Positions 1 through 13,963 of a stretch of 64,000 bases of DNA are shown piece by piece. The notes beneath the pieces were generated by a model. That model saw only the letters and a program-made list of their open reading frames with translations. It ran no database searches and was not told the origin of the DNA. Source of the DNA: Octopus vulgaris (lineage: Eukaryota); the NCBI GenBank assembly GCA_951406725.2, contig OX597819.1:131006001-131070000 (forward strand). The letters run 5' to 3'. Position 1 is the first letter of the stretch. The number at the start of each line of letters is the position of its first letter. Made by a program: the position numbers and the translations under genes.

Positions 1-124
1 ACGGTGGGGTCCTTCTTTCCTTTCATCTCTTCACAGTTTACTAATTAATTTCACTAATTGATTTCACTCTGAACTTGATACAGAGTAGAAATGACTGCGA
101 TAGTTTACAGCCAAATTTTCACCA

Positions 125-197
125 GCCGAAATAGCTCAGTTGGGAGAGCGTTAGACTGAAGATCTAAAGGTCCCTGGTTCAATCCCGGGTTTCGGCA
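125..197 (+). tRNA. tRNA-Phe: tRNA-Phe(GAA), intact
   Basis: 73 nt GCCGAAATAGCTCAGTTGGGAGAGCGTTAGACTGAAGATCTAAAGGTCCCTGGTTCAATCCCGGGTTTCGGCA: canonical metazoan tRNA-Phe with paired acceptor stem GCCGAAA/TTTCGGC, GAA anticodon, A and B boxes; T-run (Pol III terminator) at ~214-225. Confidence 0.97.
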
Positions 198-604
198 TCC
201 GGTGGCTGGTCTGCTTTTTTTTTTTCTTTCGTTCTTTATTAAATTTTAATTTTAATTTGACCTTTCATTAATTTTATTTCCATTCGTTTTGATTTTTTTT
301 TTTTTAATTTTAATTTTAATTTTCTTCTTGCTGCATATCTAACTATCTATTTGTATCATTAATATACACGAAAGATGATGGTTCTGTTTTACGTGCTCCA
401 GATATTTCATCGTTAATATTGTTCTAAAAGTGATAAGGTTATCACAATAAATTTGGGTTTCTCTGCCTTTATGCATCTAATTATTATGGTTTTTCTTCAT
501 GCCAGTGATGTAGATAGTGAGTGATTTACATACAGGAGTCGAGTGATCCCAATTTTAACCCGGACTTCAACACACGGTGGTTGGTAATTGTTATAAAATA
601 TATC

Positions 605-836
605 GGTTTCTTTACTACCCACAAGGGGCTAAACACAGAGGGGACAAACAAGGACAGACAAACGGATTACGTCGATTACATCGACCTCAGTGCGTAACTG
701 GTACTTAATTTATCGACTCCGAAAGGACGAAAGGCAAAGTTGACCTCGGCGGAATTTGAACTCAGAACGTAACGGCAGACGAAATACCGATAAGCATTTC
801 GCCCGGCGGGCTAACGATTCTGCCAGCTCGCCGCCT
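605..836 (-). mobile_element. tRNA-derived SINE, family A, with 20-bp target-site duplication
   Basis: Minus-strand head GGCGGCGAGCTGGCAGAA...GAGTTCAAATTCC; flanked by TAATTGTTATAAAATATATC at 585-604 and 837-856. Related copies at ~12825-13070, 23150-23355, 36378-36593, 36612-36845. Confidence 0.85.
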
Positions 837-1464
837 TAATTGTTATAAAATATATCTTTCATCTTTTACTTTATTTCAGCCATGCTGACTGCGGCCATGC
901 TGACTGCGGCCATGCTGGGGCACCGTTTCGTAGAATTTTAGTTGAACGAATCGACTCCAGTACTTTTTGTAATACCTGGTACTTATTCTGTCACCTTTGC
1001 CTAACCCTGAAGCTACAGGGACGTAAATGCACCAACACCGATTGTCAAGTGGTGGCAGTGTACAAATACACATGCACATACATACATACATAACTACATG
1101 CATACATACATACATACATACATACACACATACACAGATACATACATACACACATACATACACACATACATGCACACATACACACACATACATACATACA
1201 TACATACATACATACATACATGTATATATAAATCGACCCCAGGACTTTTTTTAAGCCTGGTACTTATTCTATCAGTCTTTTTTGCCGAACCGCTAAGTTA
1301 CGGGGATGTAAACACACCAACACCAGTTGTCAAGTGGTGATGGGGGGGACAAGCACAGACACACACATAGATATATATGTATGTATATAGGGGGATAATT
1401 CACAAAAAAAAAACAAAAGACGAAGACAGGTGGTGTAGACAACAAGTAGATATATTAGTTTAAC

Positions 1465-1647
1465 GCTAAAAGCACCCACTACACTCTCGGAGTGGTTGGC
1501 GTTAGGAAGGGCATCCAGCTGTAGAAACTCTGCCAGATCAAGATTGAAGCCTGGTGCAGCCATCTGGTTCGCCAGCCCTCAGTCAAAATCATCCAACCCA
1601 TGCCAGCATGGAAAGCGGACGTTAAATGATGATGATGATGATGATGA
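1465..1647 (+). mobile_element. SINE/RTE-tail repeat, family C, ending in (GAT)n
   Basis: AAAAGCACCCACTACACTCTCGGAGTGGTTGGCGTTAGGAAGGGCATCCAGC...AACCCATGCCAGCATGG...(GAT)n. Copies at ~6357-6712(-), 8560-8889, 12408-12573, 23966-24150, 27568-27828(-), 41186-41330, 41868-41962, 42003-42121(-), 42450-42718. Confidence 0.8.
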
Positions 1648-1654
1648 TATATAT

Positions 1655-2094
1655 ATACTCTTTACTCTTTACTCTTTTACTTGTTTCAGTCATTTGACTG
1701 TGGCCATGCTGGAGCACCGCCTTTAATCGAGCAAATCGACCCCAGGACTTATTCTTTTCGTAAGCCCAGCACTTATTCTATCGGTCTCTTTTGCCGAACC
1801 GCTAAGTGACGGGGACGTAAACACGCCAGCATCTGTGGTCAAGCAATGCTAGGGGGACAAACACACACACACAAACACACACACACAAACACACACACAC
1901 AAACACACACACATACACATATACATATATACGACAGGCTTCTTTCAGTTTCCGTCTACCAAATCCACTCACAAGGCATTGGTCGGCCCGGAGCTATAGC
2001 AGAAGACACTTGCCCAAGATGCCACGCAGTGGGACTGAACCCGGAACCATGTGGTTGGTTAGCAAGCTACTTACCACACAGCCACTCCTGTGCC
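1655..2094 (-). mobile_element. tRNA-derived SINE, family B, ~400 bp with internal microsatellite
   Basis: Head GGCACAGGAGTGGCTGTGTGGTAAG...CCGGGTTCAGTCCCACTG, tail (GAGTAAAA)n. Near full-length copies at ~33413-33795(+), 39805-40211(-), 43989-44362(+), 51804-52204(-), 58322-58710(+). Confidence 0.85.
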
Positions 2095-2674
2095 TATATA
2101 TATATATATAAATTTTGTACAACTCTTTTATTTTTTCATTCTTTCTTTCTATCAGCCCCTTCACACTTACTTCATTCTTTTCACTCTTCTTTCTTTCATT
2201 CCCCCTCTCTCACATTTCCTGGCTTTCTCTTCATTCTCACCTTCCCTCGTCTTTCACTTCACTCTCTCCTTTTTTCTTCTCGTCCCTCCATAATTCTTCT
2301 GTCCCTCTGCCTCTACCTCTCTCTCTTCTCTCCCCACATGACCAGTGTTCGGCCAAGCCTGACCTTTCTTTCTTGGTTCGACTACCATCCGTGCAACATC
2401 TATATTCTTCCCCATGCCGTTTTTTTTCCATCCTTGTTTTCCTATACATTTGCCGCTTTCTTCCAAGGAATATAATGCTCTTAGCTTAGTTTTTCTTTGA
2501 GGCTGGCCAGATTGGAGCAACTCAAGTATAACCAGTTGAAATTGCAAAGATAATCTGGAACTCAACTGAGGAAAGAAAACTTCGAAAGACCCGTCCATGT
2601 TTTTTCTTGTCTGTCTTTTGTATCATGTGTCTGAATGTTTTGCGTTCTTATCCTATTTTTTGTATTCCTTTATA

Positions 2675-2704
<30 letters not shown>

Positions 2705-2706
<2 letters not shown>

Positions 2707-3669
2707 ATTAGTGAATGGAAGAAATGGAGTTGAACGAAGATTGTACAGAATTCCTTTTATTACATTCTACACATGTTTCAAAGGCCACAATTTTCCAAAT
2801 TCTGATTAAATAAGGATACCATATTGCAGCTTTCTCTTCAGGAAAAACCAGGAATTACGTTGTCAGAACAAAACAAAACAAAGGCGCAGCAAAGCAATTC
2901 GAACGAGGACGCTCGTTAAGAGCCCATGGGTAAAATGTTTATCAATGTACGTTGAAATCGGGGGGTTGGTGGGGGCCGACAAAAAGGTCCGTTGGAATAA
3001 ATCCAGGTCAGGCCGCGGTCAAATCTAGTAGGTGAGGAATTAATGAGAACAAGGGGTGTGGAGATGTTCTGTGTGACCAAAGTTAATATTCTGAATATTT
3101 TAAGAATTCAGGGTGTATTTTTTAGGTGCGAGACAATACCTACCTAAAAGCATGTGTGTGTATACTAGCCTATGTGTGCGCCGCCGTATGTTGGCGAGGG
3201 GCGCTAGATAATGAGCACTGCTGACAAAAGCCTGTCAGGCGGCTGAAATAATTCTGTGTTCGTGTGTCCGTCTGTGGCCTGCTTGTCTAAAAATTATCCT
3301 CGTCAAAGAATCAGGGGGGTATATAATTCCAGCGCTTGCTTCTAAAAAACCGACCAATCGCCTAAAGGGAGTAATTTCCCCTTGCAATAGTAATTCAGAG
3401 ATTTTTAAAAAATTTTTTCAAAAATTATTTTCATTTTAATAGGGTATCAAGGTGTTAATTGTCTTAGGTATCATTTATATGTAAGAAACGTATGACGCCG
3501 CCAATGGGGACATCGAAAAGCAGTCTGTAAAAGCCCGTTTACCAAACGGCCTCTAGCGAACAATATGTGGAAAAGCTGTGATTTTTTTCTGCTGTGATTT
3601 TTGCTACCCAGGTATCGGTTAAATTTTTGAATAATCCGTAACAAGATAATTCATCTTTCCATTTCAACA

Positions 3670-3670
<1 letters not shown>
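2705..3670 (-). mobile_element. Probable Penelope-like element remnant with hammerhead-type motif at 2766-2843
   Basis: Bounded by (TA)n microsatellites on both sides. Minus strand reads TTC-CTGAAGA-long stem-GAAACATGTGTA-GAA followed by AATAAA; upstream sequence looks like a decayed ORF. Confidence 0.5.
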
Positions 3671-3720
<50 letters not shown>

Positions 3721-5723
3721 GATGGAGTTCATTCAGTTTCCATCTACCATATCCATTGGTCAGCCCAAGGCTATAACAGAAACACTTTCCCAAGGTGCCA
3801 CACAGTGGGACTGAACCCAGAACCATGTGGCTGAGAATCAAACTTCTTACCACACAGCCACACCTGTGCATATATATATATATATATAAAACTTACAGTT
3901 AATAAAGTCTGGGTGTGTTGCATTCTGTTACTTAATAAATAAAAACAATGTATTGTAAATAAACAACAACAGGTAAAAAATGTATATATATACTGAGTGT
4001 ACAACCGGACAGGAGATAGACAAGAAGGTCCCTAATTCTTCATCAGTTATCTACCAAAATGGTTATACTCAGTTTCACACCATTAATGATAAGACTGAGA
4101 ATTTCCCATGCTAGAATATAGGGCCTTGAGAAAATAAAACCATACAAAGTAGACATACAAAAGTTGACAAAATGTAATTGAAGGCAAAATACATAGGAAA
4201 CAAGCAAAATATAGCCTCAGGGCCAAAAAGACAAGAATGGTGGGTAACGCTTGAGAATCCATCCTAAAGGGCCCCTCTTTCCCCTCTACTTGCTGCTGAC
4301 ACATGACCTGTGCCCAGCTTTCCTTTCATCCCCCACCTTTTCCCACCAGTTGCTGACTGGTCGTAAATTCTCCGTGTCTTGCTATTTACTGATTCCTGTA
4401 TCCTTTGGGATGGATTCTCTGGTGTTACCCATCATTTTGTGCCAAAATCTGAAATCAATATCTACTTGAGATTGATGGTCATTTCATCATTTACCAACAA
4501 CTCAGCTCGTTACAGCATCAGTTTTCCACTTGCCCATCACTTGCTGAGGAAGACGCTAAATCATCAGCTGTGGTTAGACATTTCCGTTGATCGTACGTAA
4601 CCAAGAAGTATGTTGATGCATTTAAGCAGAATTTTCTACCCTGTTTGTATCTGAAGCTGGGTATTTTTTAAAAACCAGCTGATGTTCAGTATTCAACTTC
4701 AACAGGGCATCTTTAACATGTTCTTCCAGCTCGACAAAACTCTTTCTTCTCACTCAGGATGCTGGGAAACTATGCTGACCCAACAATATCTGGCCATAGC
4801 AGCCTAAAATTAAAATTTAGGTCCAGTGATTTGAACTCACGATCAATGTGTCAGCAGTATTGCAAAGAGATGAGTAAATTGAATGGTACGGTCCACCAGT
4901 TGTCCCTTAGCCTCTCTTTAGCCATATTGGATGGATGTAGCCCCTTTGATCAGGAGATCTTTATCAATACGCCATGTATGAACTGTCACCCCAGTTTTGA
5001 TGTTACCATGCAATTTCAGGAATTTCAAGGTACTCAGTCGATCTTAACCATGAATTCCCATGCAGGGCTGTTTCGGTTGAGTTCACAAGGCCCATGCATG
5101 TCGCTTGTAGTGATGATAGTGTTGTTTCAGATTCTTGTTTTGTCAAGAATTTGATTGCAGATTACTTTGTCAGTCAACCGAGGTGTCTTTGACTTGCTTT
5201 CACTTTCCATAATGAAGAGAAAGTGAGCCAGCATCATTTCTTACTTCTACCATTCAACTGTTGTAGAATGGACAACTACTTTGCTAAATACCTCTGCCTT
5301 ACAGATATCATCAAAGAATGATGTATTTGAGTTTGAAAGCATACATGCACAGATCACATTGAGCCCCTAGCCTTCTCTCTGGCAACAATAACAATCATAA
5401 TCAGGAAACATTTTTTCACGCTAAGAGTTGCTGAAGCCTAGAACAAACTGCCGGCATCAGTTGTTAGTTGTCGGAGCACTGCATCCTTCAAAACTTCCAT
5501 GCTTTCTGAGATTCGCCAACACTACACCTGATTTGTTTCCCCTCCATACACACACAAGCATGTATCTGACTCATGCATTGTTCGCTTTCCAGACATTTGT
5601 ACATTACTGCATATACTCTGATAGTTTTGGTGCACCTGAGCACTGCATACAATAATTTCATTATTATTATTATAATGTCAAGCTACTTTGAATTGATAAT
5701 CATGGTGATGGAGGATATAGGCT

Positions 5724-5791
5724 TGCCATACTGCCATACTGCCATACTGCCATACTGCCATACTGCCATACTGCCATACTGCCATACTGCC
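5724..5791. repeat. 8-bp tandem repeat (TGCCATAC)n, ~8.5 copies
   Basis: Directly visible perfect repeats. Confidence 0.9.
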
Positions 5792-8700
5792 CGATAACTG
5801 TCCTTTCAAATTTGGAAACACTTATTGTAAAAGCAAAGTGCCAAATACAGAATGTGGCCCCTGCATCAAACAGGCCCTCTTCTTATTGTGGTTTGGTTGT
5901 TCTTTACCCAGAGAATTATGTTGTGCCCAATTTTGACCTGCATCAGCTGCCACCAACTGTTTGTAATGGTTTTGAAGTTATCCTATCTCATCTGGAACCA
6001 ATTCAGACTAAGCTTCCAACCTTCATCATCATACGAGATGTGTAGGATGTAACAGAGAGTATTGTAAGCCTGGTCAACCTGATATAAGTTTGTACATTAT
6101 TCCAGCAAGGTGATTTCATTTCCAGTGTGTCCAACCCTATTTCCCTATTTTAAGTAAGGGATGATTTGAGAGAAATTGGGCTGCTATTTTTAGCAGGTCA
6201 CATATCAATACAAAGGTGTTTTCTTGTTATTCTAAAGCAGTGTTTCTTGACCATTTTTTACCCTTTGATTCCTGTTTTACTTGGGTGAACCCCAGAGCCA
6301 TCTTATGTTTTAAAAAAAATCATATTATATTTTTACAATTAAATATTATTAAGAATTCATCATCATCATCATCGTCGTCATTTAACGTCCACTTTCCATG
6401 CAAAGCATGGGTTGGACAGTTCGACCGGGGTCAAGGAAGCCAGGAGGCTGCACCAGGCTCCAGTCTGATCTAGCAGTGTATCTACAGCTGGATGCCCTTC
6501 CTAACGCCAACCACTTTATGAGTGTAGTGAGTGCTTTTTACGTGCCACTGGCACAGGTGCCAGGCAAGGCTGGCAACAGCCACGATCATTTGGTATTTTT
6601 ACATGCCACCGGCACGGAGGCCAGTCAGGACGGCGCTGGCAACGGCCATGTTCGGATGGATCTTTTACGTACCACCGGCACTGGTATCACAACTACAATT
6701 TCCATTGATTTTTGATCGATTGTATTTAAAAAATTGCTGAAATATTTTGTGTATTGTAAAAATAGAAGTAATTTATTGCACAGGAATTTTAACAACAAAA
6801 TCTTGTATGGACCCTGGATGAGAACCACTTATCTAAAGTAAATCTGTTTGATTGTTGCTTAGTCCTTGGTCAGTTGCAATCATATAAAACTTTGTTGAAA
6901 AGCATTCCAGTCATGAAAATCCTGTTGTTTCATAGGTCAAGAATTGTTGTTCAATATAACATTTAAAACAGTGGAGTGGGATTTTGTGAGAGATCTTGAT
7001 ACTATTTTCAGCAAATCAAATAAACCTGGTAATGCCAGGTCATAGTGCTAGTGCATGCATATACAGCTACGTGAGTGCGCACATACATGCGAGTACTGTC
7101 CAAATCTCCGACCAGTCACATACAGCTCGCTGGCATTCAATTGGCGTATCAAGTTTCGGGCATTTTGATTGGGTTTTGGATAGAAAATTCACAAAAAAGT
7201 CACTTCTATTTTTTTTTAATGATTTTGCAGGGTGACTGGGGAAATGTAAAGATGTGCATGACCACCGTTGGACGGTTTGAATGACCATAGAAAGTGCGAA
7301 CCCCCTAACTGAAAAATTGTGGATTTGTTTAAAGGACACACACACACACATTTTGTTGTTTATATATAGAGATAAAGAAGAAAAAACAAACTTGTCTTCC
7401 ACTGAATAACACTCTTTCCCCTCTACCTTTCTCTTATACTTTATATGTGGTTGAACTAAAACAGAAGGGATAAGTTTTGTCCATTAGATCAGTAAAGTAG
7501 TTGTAGCGGCACAAGCAGCCAGCGCCATATTGGAAGAGATCTCACAGCAGCCATTGCCATCTCCAAGACTGGAGCGAGACCTCACCTGCATCCATTTGCC
7601 ATGTGCGAGATCACAACAAGGCTCACGATGGAAACGATATAGACGGAAAACCGATTCAGACCTGTCTCTTCTCTTCTACAGTGCCATTACACAGCATCAC
7701 TGGCTGAACACCATCTCTAGCAGAACTTTCTGCCTGTCTGTCTCCAGAGGCAATGCACCCACACTATTCGGAGCTTATGATGGTAGCTGAGAGCAGCACA
7801 CTTCACCTTTCCTGTAAATAAACCAGGTGTAAATAGCAGATGTACTTGAAGTCTTTTCTCTTCACCTGCCGAAAGCCTGAACTACATAAAGAACAAGAAG
7901 AATGATGGAAGGAGATGATATTCCTCCGATATCATAAACCTTGCCTTCCATTATTAAATAGTCATCATTAGAAGCAGTTTGAGTTTTGACTTAACGAGAA
8001 AAAGGTGGTAAAGGGAAGGTTTTATATTTTTGTTTTTGTTTTAATTACATATTAACACAAGTATCATTAGAAGATTGCATTATTAAATATTACATTGCAA
8101 TTTGCAAAAGGCTGACATTTTGCTAATAATTTTTACCTTTTACTTTAAGAGTTTTTCCAGTGAACAAGTCACCCCTGGTACTTATTTTGTAAAGTATGGC
8201 AATTACTCTATCTGTCTATTTTGCTAAACAGCTAAGTTACAGAGACATAAACCAACACCAGTTGTGAAGAAGTGGACAGACAAACACAAACACATATATA
8301 CATACACATTCTTTTACTTGTTTCAGTCATTTGGCTGTGTCCATGCTGTTGATTCTTAGCGGGGGGGGGGGACTCCAGTGTTATAGGAACATCATGTCGT
8401 TTTACCATAAGACTGTCAGGTTGGATAAATAGCAAACAGTTTGCTTCTTCACTTAGAGATGAACAACAAACATTTTGCTTCTTATCAATCTCTTTCTAAT
8501 TAATCCACACTGAAGAATGGTGTAGCCCCCAGAGGCAAAATCACTTTTGGCACCATTATCTGGCCTCCGTGCCGGTGGCACGTAAAAGACACCATTCGAG
8601 CATGAACGTTACCAGCATCGCCTTACTTGCACCTGTGTTGGTGGCATGTGTAAAAGATTCGAGCAAGGTCATTACCAGTGCTGTCTGACTGGTCCCGTGC

Positions 8701-9712
8701 CGGTGGCACATAAAAGCACCCACTACACTCTCGGAGTGGTTGGTGTTTAGGAAGGGCATCCAGCTGTAGAAACTCTGCCAGATCAAGATTGAAGCCTGGT
8801 GCAGCCATCTAGCTCACCAGCCCTCAGTCATTCGTCCAACCCATGCTAGCATGGAAAGCGGACGTTAAACGATGATGATGATGATGATCTCTGAACTGTC
8901 CTGATTATTTGTTTTGTGACTCGTTACCTATTTAATAATGATAACACTGAATTAATTACTGCTTTACACAAGTTTAAAATAAAGTGAAAAAAAGACTATC
9001 ATCACTTAGAATCCAAACTGTAAACTTGGAATCAATCAATTACAGCCTACAAACTGTACTTGCATAATTTACAAACCCTTTGCATAGTTCTGTAATCCAG
9101 TGTTGCTCTAGGCAACAGAGCCACAGTAATCTTGCCAGCATGCAGAATAAATTTCTGTTATATCCCTAGTTTTGAAATACATTTTGGTTATATGAGAAGC
9201 CAGTATATAGATTATAAAAGATATTTTACGATTGTCACATCTGGATTTTCTACACCTGAAGAACTTCACCCTTACTTAAGATTATAATCTGAGGGTATAG
9301 AGAGCCTAAAGACTGGGTTTAATACTGCATTGGAAACCCCTCATCTTTTTGTTCTCTCAGGGTCTTATATGAATATATAAAAGACTGTGTTTTCCAGAAT
9401 GGAAGTGAACACCATTCTCCATGTGATCGGCTTGAAAAATTGTCAGGAGACTAGGATATTTTCCTGCTTTTCTTAACATGAAACCAATGGTAGCCTTAAT
9501 TCATAAATAACAAAATTACATCCACATATATATATATATGTATAAATGGCGTACAATGAAGACAAGTGCTCAACACTGCATTGGTGGATGTAATTTCTTT
9601 ATATATATGTAGAGGCGCAATGGCCCAGTGGTTAGGACAGCGGACTCGCGGTTGTAGGATCATGTTTTTGATTCCCAGACTGGGCGTTGTGAGTGTTTAT
9701 TGAGCGATCACA

Positions 9713-9759
<47 letters not shown>

Positions 9760-10305
9760 GTATGTGTGTATATGCGTGTATATATATATATACATAGAGA
9801 CAGACAGACAGACAGATAGATATGTAAAATTGGTCAGAAATGAAAGAGCCCTGTGGCCCTGTGGAATGGAGCAGAGTCCTGATGTGACACGTATGACCTT
9901 ACTTAAATCACCCACTGAACCCAGCACTTAACCACTGGGTCCATCACTTCAATGTAGATGGTGGCATTGCTCCTAAAACCCAACAGAAAGAAGTGAGAGG
10001 GGCCCCATTACTCACAAACCCCAGGACCATCAAAGCCACTTGTCATTGAACTCAAAGGACTGCGTCATGTTTAAGAAGCTGATGATCCCTGAGTTGCTGT
10101 GCTTAATTTGGTACAGTATACCTTTTCGTTTCACAAGCCTGGATGGAATCTAGCACATTAATACAGTGATATATCTGAAAGAGAAAGTTAAAATTTACCA
10201 AGCCACCACACAGCAAGGCATCTATTTAGTTCCGTATGTATGTGTGTGTGTGTGTGTGTGTATGTATGCATGCATGCTTGCTTGCTTGCATGTATTTATA
10301 TATCT

Positions 10306-12390
10306 CTGCAGCAATCTCTCAGAAATATGCAGAACACTTGGTGGGAGGATCTTGCTCGTGATGTTCAGGCTGATGCAAATGACAGCAAGAAGCTTTACCA
10401 TCTTATGAAGCATGTTTATGGGCCTAAGAGCTCCACATCATCCCCTTTGCTTTCCAAGGAGTTTTCCACTCTATTTACTAAATCAACAGAAATCACAGGT
10501 CGCTGGATCGAACACTTCTCTGAACTTCTAAACCATGAGTCAGTTGTGGATGAAACAGTGATTGATACGATGAAACAAAGACCCTTCATTGGCTCCTTAA
10601 ATTCCACACCCTTAATAGATGAGATAATGACATCAATAAGTAAAATTAAACTTTGGTAGGGCACCTTGAAAGGATGGAATTTGTGTTGAGGTCTTGCGAT
10701 TTGGTGGTGATTACATCATACAGTCTCTTCATGAACTTATTAGTCAATCTGGAGGGATGGTGCAATGCCTAAGGACTGGAAGGATGCAATTATTCTTTCT
10801 CTCTATAAAGGAAAAGGAACCAGAACAATGTGTGGTTACTACAGAGGTATTGCTCTGCTATCAGCTGCTGGCAAGGTTCTGGCAAATATTCTTCTTGCCC
10901 GCCTGAATGGTTGTCTCGTAAATGATGTCCTATCTGAATCTCAATGTGGCTTCTGATCTGGTAGAGGGACAATGGATATGATTTTCACAGCAAGACAGAT
11001 GCAGGAGAAGTTCTATGAGCAGAATGTGGATCTTGTCCAGGTATTCATTGAGTTAATGAAGGCCTTCGATATTGTGAATAGGGCCTTGTTATGGAAAATA
11101 CTTGGCAAACTTGGATGTCCGGATCACTTTGTATCTATAATTAAATCATTTCATGATGGGATGGAGGCTTGGGTCAATGTTGGTGGTGCCATGGCGGGAC
11201 CCATTACTGTAGAGATTGGTGTCAAGCAGGGTGACATCCTTGCCCCAACTCTCTTTTCTTTGCTGCTGCTTTTACTCATGCTTTTGCTAAGGTTAGCTCT
11301 CTGGGAATATATGTCAGATATCAATGTTCTGGCCGCCTCTTTAATCTGCACCAATTTTCTGCCAATTCAAAGGTTTCCCAGTCTCTTATTCGTGACCTCC
11401 TTTATGCAGATGACTGTGACTTAGTCACTCATACAGTGGGTGACATGCAAATACTGATGAATCGTATTTCTGCTTCTTGCAAGGCATTAGCTTGGACAAT
11501 TCTGTTGTAATGTTCCAGCCTGCACCAGGAAATCCATATGTGGAACCAGCTATCTTGGTTGAAGGAACAATTCTGAAAATGGTAGAAAAGTTTGTCTATC
11601 TGCGCAGCACACTCAGCCATTCTTGCTCCCTGGATGATGAAATATCTTTCAGGCTGCAGAGAGCAACTGATTTCTTCCGGTCTCTTCAGTCTCGTGTCTG
11701 GTCCCAGCATGGCATCACAGAGCAGACAAAAATTGCTGCGTACCATGCGTTTGTACTGACATCATCCTTTACTCATGTGAGACACAGACGTCATGTAAGG
11801 GTCCTTGAACGCTTTCATTAGAGATGTCTCAGACACATTCTTAATGTTGGCTGGACCTTAAAAACTCGTGACACACAGGTCCTGAGGACAGCTGATATCT
11901 TGAGTATTGAGGCAATGGGGTGCACAAGCACTGGTTATGTTGGACTGGACATTTTATTAGAATGAAGGATAGCAGGATCCCTAAGCAGATGCTATATGGG
12001 GAACTTGTTAATGAAAAGAGATCCCAGCAGGAACCAAGGCTGTGATTTAAGGATTGTGTGAAATCCTCATTAAAGGTCTGTGATATGCAGAAGACTGACT
12101 GGGAAGCAATGTCTGTCATTGCCTCAGATGGACGAGGCAGGTTAAGGAGTGGGTCGACACCTTTGAGAGAGCATGTTTTCTGCATGAAGAACTGAAGCGT
12201 GCTGCTCAAAAGTGCACTGCTGGTGTAGTGAATGGGGAAAGCTTTGTTTGCAGTCGTGTATGCTTGTCAAGAGCAGGGCTCATTAGCCACCAACGGAGCC
12301 ACAAATGCAAAATATAAGTTAGTCCTAGAGCACACAATGTTCCTGAAGGTCAGCAATGGTCTTCTTTGGTCATGAGTGAACGGTCATCAT
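10306..12390 (+). mobile_element. 5'-truncated, frameshifted RTE-clade LINE (reverse transcriptase pseudogene)
   Basis: RT motifs across broken ORFs: RWIEHFSELLN, PKDWKDAIILSLYKGKG..YRGIALLS..GK, ESQCGF, DMIFTARQMQEK, KAFD, GVKQGDILAPTLFS, YADD, EKFVYL; C-terminal CLSRAGLISHQRSH; multiple stops and frameshifts. Confidence 0.92.
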
Positions 12391-13414
12391 GTATGTATGT
12401 ATGTATGTCTGCCGGTGGCATGTAAAAAGCAACCAGTGCACTCTGTTAAGTGGTTGGCATTAGGAAAGTCACCCAGCCTTAGAAACCATGCCAAAACAGA
12501 CAGCTAGAGCCAGCCGCATGTCAAACCATCCAACCCATGCCAGCATGAAAAGCAGATGTTAAACGATGGTGATATATATTAATAATCTTGACCAGCAATG
12601 GTAAGAACAGATTCATTGAAGTGTAAAGCATTTCAGAGTTCCTTGAAATCTGAGAACTGAAATTATTCTCATCCCAGTAACTTCAAAAACTCTAAAGATT
12701 TTTGTACAGCACACTTAGATACCATGAACCCAAATTGGTTGAGAAAAGGCACTTAAAGTGTGCATTTGTTTACTTTTAAATTAACTTTTAAAAATCATCC
12801 TTTCATTAAATACAATAATGGTTGGCTTTGCCTTTCATCCTTTCGGGGTTGATTAAATAAGTACCAGTTACGCACTGGAGTCGATATAATCGACTTAATC
12901 CGTCTGTCTGTCCTTGTTTGTCCCCTCTGTGTTTAGTCCTTTGTGGGTAGTAAAGAAATAGGTATTTCGTCTGCCACTAGGTTCTGAGTTCAAATTCCGC
13001 CGAGGACGACTTTGCCTTTCATCCTTTCGAGGTCGACAAAATAAGTACCAGTTATGCACTGGGGTCGATGTAATTTCTCCCCTAAAATTGCTGGACTAAT
13101 GTCAAAATTTTAAATCAATAATTGGCAATTACAGTTGTCTCCCTTGATATTCTTGTAATTCTTTCAAAGTTAACCTCAGAAATATAAAAACTTTAATATC
13201 TAAATTTTATATGAATTGATTTACATATATTTTTAAATAATATATTATTATTATTATTATTATTAATAAAGAAAATCAATATCCAAACTCGTCATAACGA
13301 TATACCCGTGTGAAAGAAATTATTGCATCAAAAGTAAAAGATCTTAAAAATATAGATATTATGTGTAAAATAAATCAGATAATTTTAAAATTTTGAATTA
13401 ATTATTTAAGCATC

Positions 13415-13726
13415 GGTACTACTAGCGAACAGTGGTCCCGGGGCGCGGACTCGCGCAATCGCACAAGCTAGTCATGGCTAGTCGATCCTTACTTTGTGTT
13501 TTTGTGTGTTATTTACTTTATTTAAAAAATTATTGACTTTTTGGTTTTTGCGTTTTATTTACTTTGTTTAACCAAAATTATTTACTTTGTGTAAAAAAAA
13601 TGATTTATTTTGTGTTTTATTTACTTTGCTAGGGTAGTCGTTGTGGGATCGACTAGTCACGACTAGCTAGCCGGATGCGCGACTACGCGAGCGCGCGCAC
13701 CGGGACCACTGTTCTCAAGTAGTACC
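13415..13726. mobile_element. MITE with long terminal inverted repeats GGTACTAC...GTAGTACC (Merlin-like)
   Basis: TIR GGTACTACTAGCGAACAGTGGTCCCGG / CCGGGACCACTGTTCTCAAGTAGTACC with AT-rich interior; same family as the copies at 44.8-51.3 kb. Confidence 0.85.
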
Positions 13727-13812
13727 GAAATATAAAAACTCTAATATCTAAATTTCATATGAATTTATTTATATATATTATTTCTTAATTAGATGTGTTT
13801 CTTCATCGAACC

Positions 13813-13963
13813 CTCCTCTTTCCTCGCTTTCCTTTTCGTACGAAGCGACGGCCGCCGCCGCCGTCACGTGACCCTCTGCCCGCACCACGTGGCCTCCGTC
13901 TCTTTCCGCAGATTTCCTCCATAAGTGACACAACACGTTTTCGCGTCAATCTAAGTCTTAAAA
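13813..13963 (+). promoter_or_regulatory. RPLP2: Putative RPLP2 promoter and non-coding exon 1 (TCT/5'TOP motifs, two E-boxes, splice donor)
   Basis: CpG-rich island. CTCTTTCC motifs at 13816-13823 and 13900-13907; CACGTG at 13865 and 13886; donor AAA|GTAAGT at 13964; no ATG. The coding exon starts CAG|A-ATG, so an upstream non-coding exon is required. The link between the two is inferred. Confidence 0.7.

Noticed and set aside
876-2598. ORFs rich in MYVC, HTYI or F/S/L
   Set aside because: Translations of (CATA)n, (CA)n and pyrimidine-rich low-complexity tracts and SINEs.
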